DNA of 44,659 nt from a virus (taxonomy: Duplodnaviria > Caudoviricetes): the IMG/VR virus record IMGVR_UViG_3300030102_006518, positions 1 through 44,659 of that record. One strand, 5' to 3'. The stretch's first letter is position 1. The number at the start of each line of letters is the position of its first letter. A model generated the notes under the pieces. It was not told the origin of the DNA and searched no databases. It saw nothing but the letters and a program-made list of their open reading frames with translations. Positions 1-8,712 of this stretch are shown in pieces. Position numbers and translations under genes: made by a program.

Positions 1-237
1 CCAAAACTTTTTTGCCCCTTTTTCATCCCCAGGATTCAAAGGTCCGTATCTATACTCTTTTACTGTTACGTTTCTACTCAACGTATTTAGATCTAAATCA
101 GTTATAGAATCTTTCGGTTTAGCTTTTTTAAACCTAATTTCTTTCTCTTTTCTTAGAGCTGCTGGAGTATTATTTGTACCATAGTCGGATAGTTTTCCTT
201 CTATTACTAACTCTTTAACTACATCAGTTAATTTCAT
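1..237 (-). CDS. Hypothetical phage protein, truncated at the window edge (not in ORF track): MKLTDVVKELVIEG...EYRYGPLNPGDEKGAKKFW
   Basis: Manual translation from the ATG at 237 is open to position 1; ATGA overlap with the stop of the upstream gene; carries an MKLTD..E leader. Confidence 0.8.
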   Translation of the reverse strand, partial: MKLTDVVKELVIEGKLSDYGTNNTPAALRKEKEIRFKKAKPKDSITDLDLNTLSRNVTVKEYRYGPLNPGDEKGAKKFW

Positions 238-431
238 AAAGCATTTCTTCTTTCTAGTTCTCTTTTAATAATATTTTTTTTCCTTTTAAAAGAGTCACTT
301 TCATACATCTTTTGTAACTCTTCTGTTGAGGTATTATGAGGTGTATAATGTTTCCAGACATACTTATTGGTCATTTTACCTCGAGCATCTCTTATATAAT
401 CTTTAGTACTAGGTTTTAATTTTGCAGGCAT
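234..431 (-). CDS. Small basic hypothetical protein (likely start MPAKLKP at 431)
   Basis: ORF track 234..449; the internal ATG at 431 gives a TAATG overlap with the upstream stop. Confidence 0.7.
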   Translation of the reverse strand: MPAKLKPSTKDYIRDARGKMTNKYVWKHYTPHNTSTEELQKMYESDSFKRKKNIIKRELERRNAL

Positions 432-1651
432 TATTTTTCTCCTTTCCAAATTTCGCCTCTTCTACAACGAACAACTGCCCCGGAGGCGTATGCTGAAGGC
501 CAGGTGTCATATTTTCTTTTTGCTATCCTTGTACATCTATCATCTTTCTTTTTTTTCTTTTTTTCAGAGATAGGCTTTCTCTCTTCTAATAGACCAACTA
601 CTAAATTAATAATATCTTCCTTAGTAATTTTTTTGTAGCCAGAACCAAAAGGAGCTGCTTTACCATCATGATTAGGAGCTACGTTTTCGTTTTTCACTGA
701 ATATTCTCCTTTTTTCAAAAATGGTAATACATCGTTGTAAGGTACGTATTTAACCCCGTCGAATGTTTTGATTTTTCCAGCAAATGCTTTACGGTCATCT
801 TGACCTCTAGTAGTTCTTTTATCTTCATCAGAAAGAGCAAATACTTCATCAGTGAGTCCTAATTTAGCAATTATAAATCCTAAAAGTCCAACAAAAGGAA
901 TTTTTTTAGTTATTGCTCCAAAAACTACTGCGTTGATTTTAAGAAGATCTAAAAGCTGTCTTTTAATAAATTCTTGATTTTCCCCACTAATAGTTTCTCC
1001 TTTTAGATAACGTGCAACAACTTTTAACATATCTCTAGTTTCACCTGCTTCTTCTCTAGCAGTTTGAATCATATTGTTAACTTGCCCTTGTAATTTATCG
1101 ATACCTCCTGCTACTAATTTGCCTACACCAGGTATTTTAGATATTGTTTTTTCTATTTGGTCTATTTTAGCATTGATGTTTTCTTGCATAACAGCATCTG
1201 GGTATAATGTATCCATATCATATATGCCTCCTTTTTTAAAGTCTAAAGCATCTAAAATATCTCTTTTTATATCTTTAGGCATATCGTATAGTATATGCAT
1301 TGCAAATTTTTCTCTACCTATGCTTTTGGCTAGCTTTTCTAGCATATCGGTTATCTTAGTATCTCCGTAAACTCTTACTTCTTTTTGAACGGTTGCTTTT
1401 TTAGTATTTTTCACGACTGTTTTTCCTTTAGCTCCTGCTTTACGTTTTTTTCTAGCAGTAGCTGCTCTTTGTGCTTTAGTTAAACTTCTTGCTTTAGCAG
1501 CAGGCAAACACCTATCAGGGTTCTTTTTATTTTTAGAGGTACCACATGGACCTGCTATGTTACCAGCAGTACTAATCCTAACCCACTTTTCTTTTTTAAA
1601 CCAATCTCTTAAAGATTCTTTAACAATAATATTTAATTCATTTTTAGTCAT
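431..1651 (-). CDS. Modular basic phage protein, probable internal head protein/polyprotein
   Basis: 406 aa; distinct short modules (SLRDWFKKEKWV..C..RCLP; NVAPNHDGKAAPFGSGY; DRCTRIAKRKYDTWPSAYASG) each preceded by a hydrophobic-x(x)-E site. Confidence 0.65.
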   Translation of the reverse strand: MTKNELNIIVKESLRDWFKKEKWVRISTAGNIAGPCGTSKNKKNPDRCLPAAKARSLTKAQRAATARKKRKAGAKGKTVVKNTKKATVQKEVRVYGDTKITDMLEKLAKSIGREKFAMHILYDMPKDIKRDILDALDFKKGGIYDMDTLYPDAVMQENINAKIDQIEKTISKIPGVGKLVAGGIDKLQGQVNNMIQTAREEAGETRDMLKVVARYLKGETISGENQEFIKRQLLDLLKINAVVFGAITKKIPFVGLLGFIIAKLGLTDEVFALSDEDKRTTRGQDDRKAFAGKIKTFDGVKYVPYNDVLPFLKKGEYSVKNENVAPNHDGKAAPFGSGYKKITKEDIINLVVGLLEERKPISEKKKKKKDDRCTRIAKRKYDTWPSAYASGAVVRCRRGEIWKGEK

Positions 1652-1657
1652 TAATCA

Positions 1658-2005
1658 TTAAATTATTTCTGTTAGTAATCTAATTATTACAGCAGCTAAT
1701 CCTGCAAATAAAATCCATAGTGCCTTAGTTACTCCATCTTTCCAACGTTTAAGATCTTCTACTTCAGCCATTTTAGCTTGAAAGTCTCTTTCGTTACTTT
1801 GCATATCTCTCCTGAAATCAGAGTTTTTATTTGTTTTGACTATTACTCCATCTTCTGGGTTAAGCAGGGTGAATTTAAGGTCAGACATATCTTCTTTAAG
1901 TTCTCTTACATCTTCAATCATAGCCTTAAGTTCACCATTAGGCATATGTTTTTTAATATGTACGAGTTCGGATAATACAGATTCTAATAATTGCTTCTGT
2001 GTCAT
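1658..2005 (-). CDS. Coiled-coil protein with one C-terminal TM helix (holin/XhlA-like candidate)
   Basis: C-terminal ALWILFAGLAAVIIRLL; coiled-coil-like N-terminal part; preceded by TATTTATA. Confidence 0.5.
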   Translation of the reverse strand: MTQKQLLESVLSELVHIKKHMPNGELKAMIEDVRELKEDMSDLKFTLLNPEDGVIVKTNKNSDFRRDMQSNERDFQAKMAEVEDLKRWKDGVTKALWILFAGLAAVIIRLLTEII

Positions 2006-2030
2006 TGGATAAAAAAATAATATAGTTTAA

Positions 2031-2038
2031 TATAAATA
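2031..2038 (-). promoter_or_regulatory. Putative phage late-type promoter TATTTATA
   Basis: Motif about 25 nt upstream of the ATG at 2005; recurs upstream of several structural genes. Confidence 0.55.
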
Positions 2039-2042
2039 TATA

Positions 2043-2618
2043 CTAATCTAGCTTACTCTTTAAATAGTCTAAATATTCCTTTAATTTATCAGACATTTCA
2101 TTTTTAATCTTAGACTCATTCGATTTCCAAACTTCTATATCTCCTTGTTCAGTTACTATACTCGATTCGTCATCCATATACTCCTTTAATTGCTGCTCAA
2201 CATCACTTACAAAAACTTTAATATTTCCTTTTTGCATTTGACGAATATAATCATCTAGTAATCCTGCTTTTCTAAGTTCATCGTTATAGTCCATAGTACA
2301 GTTAAAGCACATCTTATTTATTTTATAAGTTTGCTTAGATAAATGATAATTCATAGGACCACCACACTTAGGACATGCTAAAGGTGTTTTAGCTGCTTTT
2401 TTAGCAGAATCAAGTTTAGTAATATTTTGTTTGAGACCGTTTTTTATAGTCCATTGTTTACCGCGTTCTTCCCAAATGTCTCCTTCTTTATATCTCTTAG
2501 TAGATTTTTTATAACCGGTTTGTAATTTAGTTTTAGAAGTAAAATCTTTATTGACTATATTTCTTATTCTATCTACATCTGATTTCTTAAACTCTTTTTT
2601 AAGAGTATTATCCCTCAT
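2043..2618 (-). CDS. Zn-finger (CPKC...CFNC) hypothetical protein
   Basis: 191 aa with two CxxC pairs. Confidence 0.7.
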   Translation of the reverse strand: MRDNTLKKEFKKSDVDRIRNIVNKDFTSKTKLQTGYKKSTKRYKEGDIWEERGKQWTIKNGLKQNITKLDSAKKAAKTPLACPKCGGPMNYHLSKQTYKINKMCFNCTMDYNDELRKAGLLDDYIRQMQKGNIKVFVSDVEQQLKEYMDDESSIVTEQGDIEVWKSNESKIKNEMSDKLKEYLDYLKSKLD

Positions 2619-3201
2619 AACCTAGTTGTTTTAATCCCTGTATAGCAGGTCCGATATCTCCATCTTTTACTCTGAAAGCAATACCGCCTTTAGATATCCA
2701 TTCAGCTATATTAGATTTCTTATCATCTATTAATATTCTATTTTCATTAGCATATCTTTGTTTATCAGCAGAGTATGCAAAGTTTACTTTTGGTTTCGGA
2801 GTAAGATTATTTTTTACCCATAAATTTTTTCCTAATCTTGATGTATTATTTCTAGAAGGAGAAGTAAGAAGTTGAGGATTATAAGGACTAATAAAATTCC
2901 ATAACTCTTGCCCTCTTGGCATCCAATCCATACCTACCCAAAACGATACACCTACGATATTATCAATAAAGTTCCAAAATTCATCCATACCAAATATTTG
3001 TTCAAAATGCTTTGGTTTAGTTACCTTTTGAATATCTCTTAAAGGATAATAATCAGGACCAACTTCATTAAGTTTTTTATGAAACCTAGATTCAAAGTCA
3101 GTCAATACTCCATCCATATCACAGTATATCTGGTAAGATGGTGTTTCTTTTTCTTCCGGAAGAGGATATGCCTCTAGTAAGTCTACAATACTTGTATTCA
3201 T
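2608..3201 (-). CDS. HAD-superfamily phosphatase, 5'(3')-deoxyribonucleotidase-like
   Basis: Motif I DMDGVLTDF, motif II LTSP, conserved K, motif IV LIDD. Confidence 0.85.
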   Translation of the reverse strand: MNTSIVDLLEAYPLPEEKETPSYQIYCDMDGVLTDFESRFHKKLNEVGPDYYPLRDIQKVTKPKHFEQIFGMDEFWNFIDNIVGVSFWVGMDWMPRGQELWNFISPYNPQLLTSPSRNNTSRLGKNLWVKNNLTPKPKVNFAYSADKQRYANENRILIDDKKSNIAEWISKGGIAFRVKDGDIGPAIQGLKQLGYEG

Positions 3202-3231
3202 ATAACCTTTATTTAACTATAGTTTTCTTAT

Positions 3232-3262
3232 ATAATATACGAACTTTCATGCTAATATCCAA
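3232..3262 (-). promoter_or_regulatory. Bacteroidota-type promoter TTG-N20-TATATTAT
   Basis: Minus strand GTTG GATATTAGCATGAAAGTTCG TATATTAT; the same 20-nt spacer occurs at six sites. Confidence 0.7.
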
Positions 3263-4942
3263 CTATTTTTTAGACTTTTTTAAACGTTGAGTTTTCTTTT
3301 TTGATGCTTCTTTTCTATCTTTTATATAGTCAAAAGCACTTTTTAAACGTTTTTTAACATCAGGTTTTTTTGCTCTATTATATGCTGCTCTAGTTCTCTG
3401 ATGAATCAAGTTTATAATTTGAGATTGTCTAGCATGTGATTTAGCTTTAAAAGATTTTTTATTTAAAGTATCTACTATATCTTGTCTGGAGCTGAATTTA
3501 ACTCCGACTGTATCTTTTGGATCTTCATCTGTGTATAATCTTCTGCTTGATCCTTTTGGTTTCTTACCTGTACCTTTTTTAGGTTCTTCCTTTATTATCT
3601 TAATTAAATCTTCAGCTAATTCATCGATACTAAATACTACTTCGTTTTTAGATTTTTTTAATGCTGTGCCTGCTTTTTTAGCTGCTTTATACGCTTTCGA
3701 ATTTTTATGAGAAGATTTTTTACCAGATTTCTTTTTAGCATTTATATTCGCCCATAAACTCTCGTCTAAATTTTTTATACTATCTTCCCAGTTTCTAAAA
3801 GTTATATTACCTAAAGTATATGCTTCTTTCTCTAATTGTAATAATCTGTCATCTGAGTTAGTATCGGTAGTGTTGATGTTGGTAAGAACACCTTGTAAGT
3901 TTTGCATATGATGCACCATTTCATGTGCATAAGATCTAACTATATCTTTATTATGTCTTCCGGTAATATACAAAACTATTTTTTTTTCAGAAGGAGAATA
4001 GTAAGCTGTTCTTCCAAAAAAGTTAGCAGCATTAACTTCATCTTTTTTAACTATTACTTCAGGTAATGGAGATATATTCATTCCTATATCTAACATATAC
4101 TCAGTTAAAGAAGTAATATACTCTTTTAGTTTTAAATTACTTTTTTCTTCTTTCAAGTTATCAAATTTTACTGTTAAATAATCTCTATTGTGAGTAATAT
4201 TTACTCCGCTAGGTACTAATCTGTAAAGGTAATTATAAAGAATATCTAATCTATTTTTATCAACAGAGTTTATTATTCCTGTCTTATTCAATTGCCCTTC
4301 GTTAAAATATTCATTTATAAAACCATCTATATTTTTTGCTAATATTTCTGCAACGATTTTATCTTTTAGATCATTTAAAATTTTTAAAATTTCTTCTCTT
4401 GATAAATCTTTAGGAAAAAAATCAGTAATTTGATCTAAGTTACCTGAAAGTATATTCTTCCTAAAATCTGTAGCTCTTATACCTGAACCGGGTTTAGAAG
4501 CTAAAGCTAAACCTTGTACGTTAGGTGCATTTTTAAAAGTAGTTACTCTTCTTAAATCTACAAAATCTTCTTCTGATCTTATTCCTGTTACTGCTACAAA
4601 TTTAGTTTCGGGATTTGCTTGAGCATAATCTTTTGCAGCAAACATTGGATTACTTCCCCCATCTAATATTTCTACATTACCTAAGTATTTAGCGTATATG
4701 TTCCAAATAGTTAATGCTTCGTCTTTATCTATGCCATTTCTTTCTCCTGCACCTACAAATACTATAACTTTATTTATATTAGGTTTTTCATTAGATTCGC
4801 CAGAAACTAGATCTGCCCCTTTTTCTTTATAGTTGTCTTTATCATATATAGAACCATTATAAGAGCCGTCGAGTAAAGATTTTACTACGTTAAAATGACC
4901 TCTATGAGGTGGTTTAAATGCTCCTGGGTATAATGCTATCAT
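3263..4942 (-). CDS. HxGH nucleotidyltransferase (cytidylyltransferase-like) fused to an HExxH metallopeptidase-like domain and basic C-terminal modules
   Basis: N-terminal ALYPGAFKPPHRGH and IRATDFR; central RSYAHEMVHHMQ...EKEAY; Lys-rich tail. Confidence 0.8.
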   Translation of the reverse strand: MIALYPGAFKPPHRGHFNVVKSLLDGSYNGSIYDKDNYKEKGADLVSGESNEKPNINKVIVFVGAGERNGIDKDEALTIWNIYAKYLGNVEILDGGSNPMFAAKDYAQANPETKFVAVTGIRSEEDFVDLRRVTTFKNAPNVQGLALASKPGSGIRATDFRKNILSGNLDQITDFFPKDLSREEILKILNDLKDKIVAEILAKNIDGFINEYFNEGQLNKTGIINSVDKNRLDILYNYLYRLVPSGVNITHNRDYLTVKFDNLKEEKSNLKLKEYITSLTEYMLDIGMNISPLPEVIVKKDEVNAANFFGRTAYYSPSEKKIVLYITGRHNKDIVRSYAHEMVHHMQNLQGVLTNINTTDTNSDDRLLQLEKEAYTLGNITFRNWEDSIKNLDESLWANINAKKKSGKKSSHKNSKAYKAAKKAGTALKKSKNEVVFSIDELAEDLIKIIKEEPKKGTGKKPKGSSRRLYTDEDPKDTVGVKFSSRQDIVDTLNKKSFKAKSHARQSQIINLIHQRTRAAYNRAKKPDVKKRLKSAFDYIKDRKEASKKKTQRLKKSKK

Positions 4943-5880
4943 GCTAAAAATGCTTGTACTTTTTGATCTATTTCTCTAGGAGTTGAATGTTTAAGTTTTT
5001 CTTGAAAAGTAGGATTATAAATCATATCTATAATATTATCTAAAACTGCATCATAATCTGCATCTCTTTTTACTTTTCTATCTCTATACTTTTTTACTGC
5101 ATCTCTTAATTTATCTTGACCAGGACCTACTCCATTCTTTCTATATGCTTTTAAAAATTCTTTCTTAATAGCTTTATCTTCAGATCTATTATCTTTATCC
5201 CAACTAACACTACCAACGTGTTTTATAAACTCATCTTCTTCTTCTTTAGACATTTCTACTGGTTCAAAGAAAGAAGAACCGCCTATGTCGTTTTCTTCAT
5301 TATACCTTTTTAAATAATCTTTCACTCCAGATATACCTGCTTTAGCAGCAGTATTAAATGCTTCTATTTCTTTATTATATTTTCCGCCTCTATCACTAAC
5401 ATATATTGATAAATTACCTTTTAACTTTTTATTGTAGTCTTCAATTTTTTGATAGATATTTCTCCAAGTAGACATCACTGCATCTGCAGGTACGTTTCTT
5501 TTTCTGCCTTTGAAGTTTGAAATATAAGAAATCATAGGATGTGCATATACCATCACCATGTATATATCATAACCTAGAGAAAGTAACTTATCTAAGTTTT
5601 TCTGAAAGCCAGCTCCTGAAGCAGTAGTGTCCCAAACAAAGCTAGTTTTGTCTTCCGCCGCCGCCATTGCGTCCTTGGCTGTTTGACTGGACGCTGGACC
5701 TAGCTTGTTGTGATACGGATGATCCGGATCCTCTATATACTTGTCTGGGTTGAACTGGGTTAGAGAGTCTAGGGATAACTGGTTTAGAAGGTACGTTTTG
5801 CCTGTTCCAGCTCCCCCTGCCATTATTACGGCTTTCGGACGACCAGTTTGCTCCAGAATTATTTCTGATAATTTGATCAT
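4939..5880 (-). CDS. P-loop kinase, zeta-toxin/AAA_33-like
   Basis: PKAVIMAGGAGTGKT Walker A, NPD, FVWDTT, GYDIYMVMV. Confidence 0.8.
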   Translation of the reverse strand: MIKLSEIILEQTGRPKAVIMAGGAGTGKTYLLNQLSLDSLTQFNPDKYIEDPDHPYHNKLGPASSQTAKDAMAAAEDKTSFVWDTTASGAGFQKNLDKLLSLGYDIYMVMVYAHPMISYISNFKGRKRNVPADAVMSTWRNIYQKIEDYNKKLKGNLSIYVSDRGGKYNKEIEAFNTAAKAGISGVKDYLKRYNEENDIGGSSFFEPVEMSKEEEDEFIKHVGSVSWDKDNRSEDKAIKKEFLKAYRKNGVGPGQDKLRDAVKKYRDRKVKRDADYDAVLDNIIDMIYNPTFQEKLKHSTPREIDQKVQAFLA

Positions 5881-6535
5881 TATTACTGTTGTTTATTATT
5901 CTTACGTTAAGTCCATTTTCTCTAAATTCGTTAACTATACGATTAATATTATCATTATTAACGTTATTTCTAGGATTATTATACCTAGTAATCATTTGAT
6001 TACTAATGGTCCTATTATTATAATTAGTTGTATTACTCCCTCTTCTTCCATTAATGTAAGCAACATTATAATTATTATAATTTGAACCCCATACTACATT
6101 ATTCCATGGTCTGTAAGGACGATACCATCCATAATAGTGATAAGGTCTATACCAGTCGTACCAAGACCAAGAATTATAACTGAAAGCCCAATCGGTCCAA
6201 AACCAATGGCTGTGAAAATAAACATCGAATCTATTATAGGGTCTCCATATTCCGTCTAACCTTGGATTATTCCAATACCATGAATAAGGTTGATTCATAG
6301 CATATTGAGCAAAATTCCATCTAAAATTGAAGTCAGTTCTTAACTTCCACCTTAAATCTGAAAAGGAATTTAACGTGTCTATTTTAGTTTCTTTTGCAAC
6401 TGGTATAATATAATCTACCGGGTATAAAGGGTCGTGATTTAATGTAGCAAGTTTATAAGAAGCACATCCGTAAAGAATAAACATGGTGATTAATCCACCT
6501 ATTAATCTAAATAATGAGCTTGGTAATTTTTTCAT
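5642..6535 (-). CDS. Lipoprotein with W/Y/N-rich region and low-complexity R/S/N/G tail
   Basis: Signal peptide MKK...ILYG-C lipobox; ATGA-coupled to the upstream gene; overlaps the kinase gene by 239 nt. Confidence 0.7.
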   Translation of the reverse strand: MKKLPSSLFRLIGGLITMFILYGCASYKLATLNHDPLYPVDYIIPVAKETKIDTLNSFSDLRWKLRTDFNFRWNFAQYAMNQPYSWYWNNPRLDGIWRPYNRFDVYFHSHWFWTDWAFSYNSWSWYDWYRPYHYYGWYRPYRPWNNVVWGSNYNNYNVAYINGRRGSNTTNYNNRTISNQMITRYNNPRNNVNNDNINRIVNEFRENGLNVRIINNSNNDQIIRNNSGANWSSESRNNGRGSWNRQNVPSKPVIPRLSNPVQPRQVYRGSGSSVSQQARSSVQSNSQGRNGGGGRQN

Positions 6536-7314
6536 AATTTTAAAGTAGTTGGGTAACTATTATAAATAGGTTCAACCTTAGGGTTTTCTAAAGAATATAG
6601 TTTATAGATTGTTTGAAATAAATCGAAATTATAATCAATTTCATCTACTATTTTTATTTTCCAACCCTTTCCTTGATATATTCCTTGCTTTTTTGAAGGT
6701 CCTCTTGATTGAGCTTTTAACCAAATTATACCGGTTCTATCTATTTTGATTCCTTTAGTTTCTTCTAATGCTTTAGCGTATGCAGCTAACTGTAGATCAT
6801 AAGATTTATGTAAGCTATTAGAAGTTTTAAGGTCTAACAACCAAACTTCATCGTCCATTTTTACTACTAAATCAGCAGTACCTGCATATTTAAACTCATC
6901 AGAGTATACAAAGTCTTCTGTGGATATTAGTTCAGGCTTATAAGTACTCCAAAAATCATGGAATTTAAGAATCATTTCCCAAACTATCTGAGAATATTTA
7001 GCATTACCGTAATTATCCATCCAAGAAATTTCTTCTCCTTTTACTAATGCTTCTGCTGCTTCATGCACTTGAGTACCTTCTTTACCAGCTCTTCTCATAA
7101 TAAGATCGGCACTATGCCCAACATCTTTAAGCCATGACTCAAAAAATTTATTTTTGGGCATGTACTGGAGTATGGTAGTTACAGATGGATAATATACTCC
7201 TTCCGATCTTTTATAAACTCTTCTATCTAAAAAATTAATTTGTTGGAGTTCAGGTTTAAAGTCCAACCTTTTTTTCTCGTTCTGTTCGAGAATATTCATA
7301 CCTTGTTTTATCAT
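6532..7314 (-). CDS. PD-(D/E)XK exonuclease (Cas4/RecB-like phage nuclease)
   Basis: YPSVTTIL, GTQVH, YAGTAD, LLDLKTS, QLAAY motifs. Confidence 0.85.
   Translation of the reverse strand: MIKQGMNILEQNEKKRLDFKPELQQINFLDRRVYKRSEGVYYPSVTTILQYMPKNKFFESWLKDVGHSADLIMRRAGKEGTQVHEAAEALVKGEEISWMDNYGNAKYSQIVWEMILKFHDFWSTYKPELISTEDFVYSDEFKYAGTADLVVKMDDEVWLLDLKTSNSLHKSYDLQLAAYAKALEETKGIKIDRTGIIWLKAQSRGPSKKQGIYQGKGWKIKIVDEIDYNFDLFQTIYKLYSLENPKVEPIYNSYPTTLKL
6561..6568 (-). promoter_or_regulatory. Putative late-type promoter TATTTATA inside the 3' end of the nuclease gene
   Basis: CCTATTTATAATAG about 25 nt upstream of the ATG at 6535. Confidence 0.45.
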
Positions 7315-8234
7315 AGGTCTAATTTATGCAGCATTAGACGAGATATATCTAATTCTTCTGCTGTTTGAATATAACTGGTAAAAGCTCGAAATCCCATTTC
7401 GGAAGGATCTTTATCCTTCATCTCTACAATAAAAACTCTTTTACCGTTATTTAAAAATTGTTCAGCTATTTTTAAAGCTTTTGATTTAGCGTCATTATCT
7501 AACGCAATATAAATGTCCCTCAAAGGGCTTGTTATTATTTTCTTATAAAGAGACGTAGATATGTTTTTACCTAATATAGGTATAGCGTTCCTACGTATCG
7601 CCATTGCATCGAATACTCCTTCACATAAAATAATAGGAGCATTCCAATTTATTAAGTTTTCAAAAAAGATTATGTCTTTGCTCGCTTCCGGGTTTTTATA
7701 CTTATAGTAGTTGCCATCATAACTTCTTGCAACAAAGAAATTGAGTGTACCGGATGCAGAATAACTTGGGATAATAACTCGTCCTCCATATTCTCCAGAT
7801 GTACAGTATCCAATCCCATATTTAATAAAATCATTGTCGGAAAGTCCTCTCTCATATAAATATTTTTTTACCAAGTTAGCTATAACTGATGCACCAGAAG
7901 CGGAATATAGCGGCTGATATTCTTTCGGTAGTTCTATTATAGATAGTTGCTTATACTCTATTTGTGCTCCTCTTGGTACGTATTTAAGTATTTCATTAGC
8001 AGTATCTCTTGGTGTCTTAAGTTGTTTAAGTAATGAACGTACGGTACGCCCTTTAGTTTCACAAACCCAGCATTCCCACGGATTTTGTCCTTCTTCGTTA
8101 GTAGACATTTTAATCTCTAACTTAGGTTTATGATGATTGCAAAAGGGGCAATGAAAGGCATAATTATCTCTAGCTCTTTTATGAGATTTACCTAATATAT
8201 TTTCAATAGAGCCCAGTAGGAATGTATAATCCAT
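7311..8234 (-). CDS. dnaG: DNA primase (Zn finger + TOPRIM)
   Basis: HCPFC...CWVC Zn finger; YLYERG; RVIIP; LCEGVFDA; ALDND. Confidence 0.9.
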   Translation of the reverse strand: MDYTFLLGSIENILGKSHKRARDNYAFHCPFCNHHKPKLEIKMSTNEEGQNPWECWVCETKGRTVRSLLKQLKTPRDTANEILKYVPRGAQIEYKQLSIIELPKEYQPLYSASGASVIANLVKKYLYERGLSDNDFIKYGIGYCTSGEYGGRVIIPSYSASGTLNFFVARSYDGNYYKYKNPEASKDIIFFENLINWNAPIILCEGVFDAMAIRRNAIPILGKNISTSLYKKIITSPLRDIYIALDNDAKSKALKIAEQFLNNGKRVFIVEMKDKDPSEMGFRAFTSYIQTAEELDISRLMLHKLDL

Positions 8235-8259
8235 ACGTTGTTCTGTAACTAGTTATATT

Positions 8260-8290
8260 ATAATATAAGAAGAATTAGTCTAAATATCAA
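8260..8290 (-). promoter_or_regulatory. Bacteroidota-type promoter TTG-N20-TATATTAT upstream of primase
   Basis: Minus strand GTTG ATATTTAGACTAATTCTTCT TATATTAT. Confidence 0.7.
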
Positions 8291-8708
8291 CTAATTTAAG
8301 GTGTTTTTTCTGATTAACCATTATGTTTGAAGGTCTTATATCAAGCTCGTCTGGATCTATTCCGTATCTAGGAGCTTCTTTTTCAACGGCATCAACCCAC
8401 TCTTCCGGAATACTACCTCTAAATTCTCCTAAAACTTCCATTTGTATTATACCTAATTTAGGATTGATAACTTCAACATCGTATATTCTAGCAAAGTTAT
8501 TCGTTTTTTTACCTTTAAGTAATTGTGCGTGCTCTAATTCAATTTCGTCAGTAGTTACTTTGTAAACTCTACCATTGAGTAGATAAGCTGATCCATAGTC
8601 TCCAGAACCTAAATGTTTACCTCCCTGATCTAAGATTTTATCTACTTGTTTTTCGAAATCAGGATCGTAATATAAAATTTCTCCCAGTATTACGTGCGAT
8701 AGTCTCAT
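8280..8708 (-). CDS. Minimal protein-kinase-like (PKL fold) protein
   Basis: LGSGDYGSAY glycine loop, VYKVT lysine, IIQME hinge, DIRPSNIM catalytic loop, LVD. Confidence 0.75.
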   Translation of the reverse strand: MRLSHVILGEILYYDPDFEKQVDKILDQGGKHLGSGDYGSAYLLNGRVYKVTTDEIELEHAQLLKGKKTNNFARIYDVEVINPKLGIIQMEVLGEFRGSIPEEWVDAVEKEAPRYGIDPDELDIRPSNIMVNQKKHLKLVDI

Positions 8709-8712
8709 AACA

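Noticed and set aside
7670-7855. Nested minus-strand 61-aa ORF in primase (likewise 34332-34610)
   Set aside because: Alternate-frame ORFs inside conserved genes with no motif or coupling evidence
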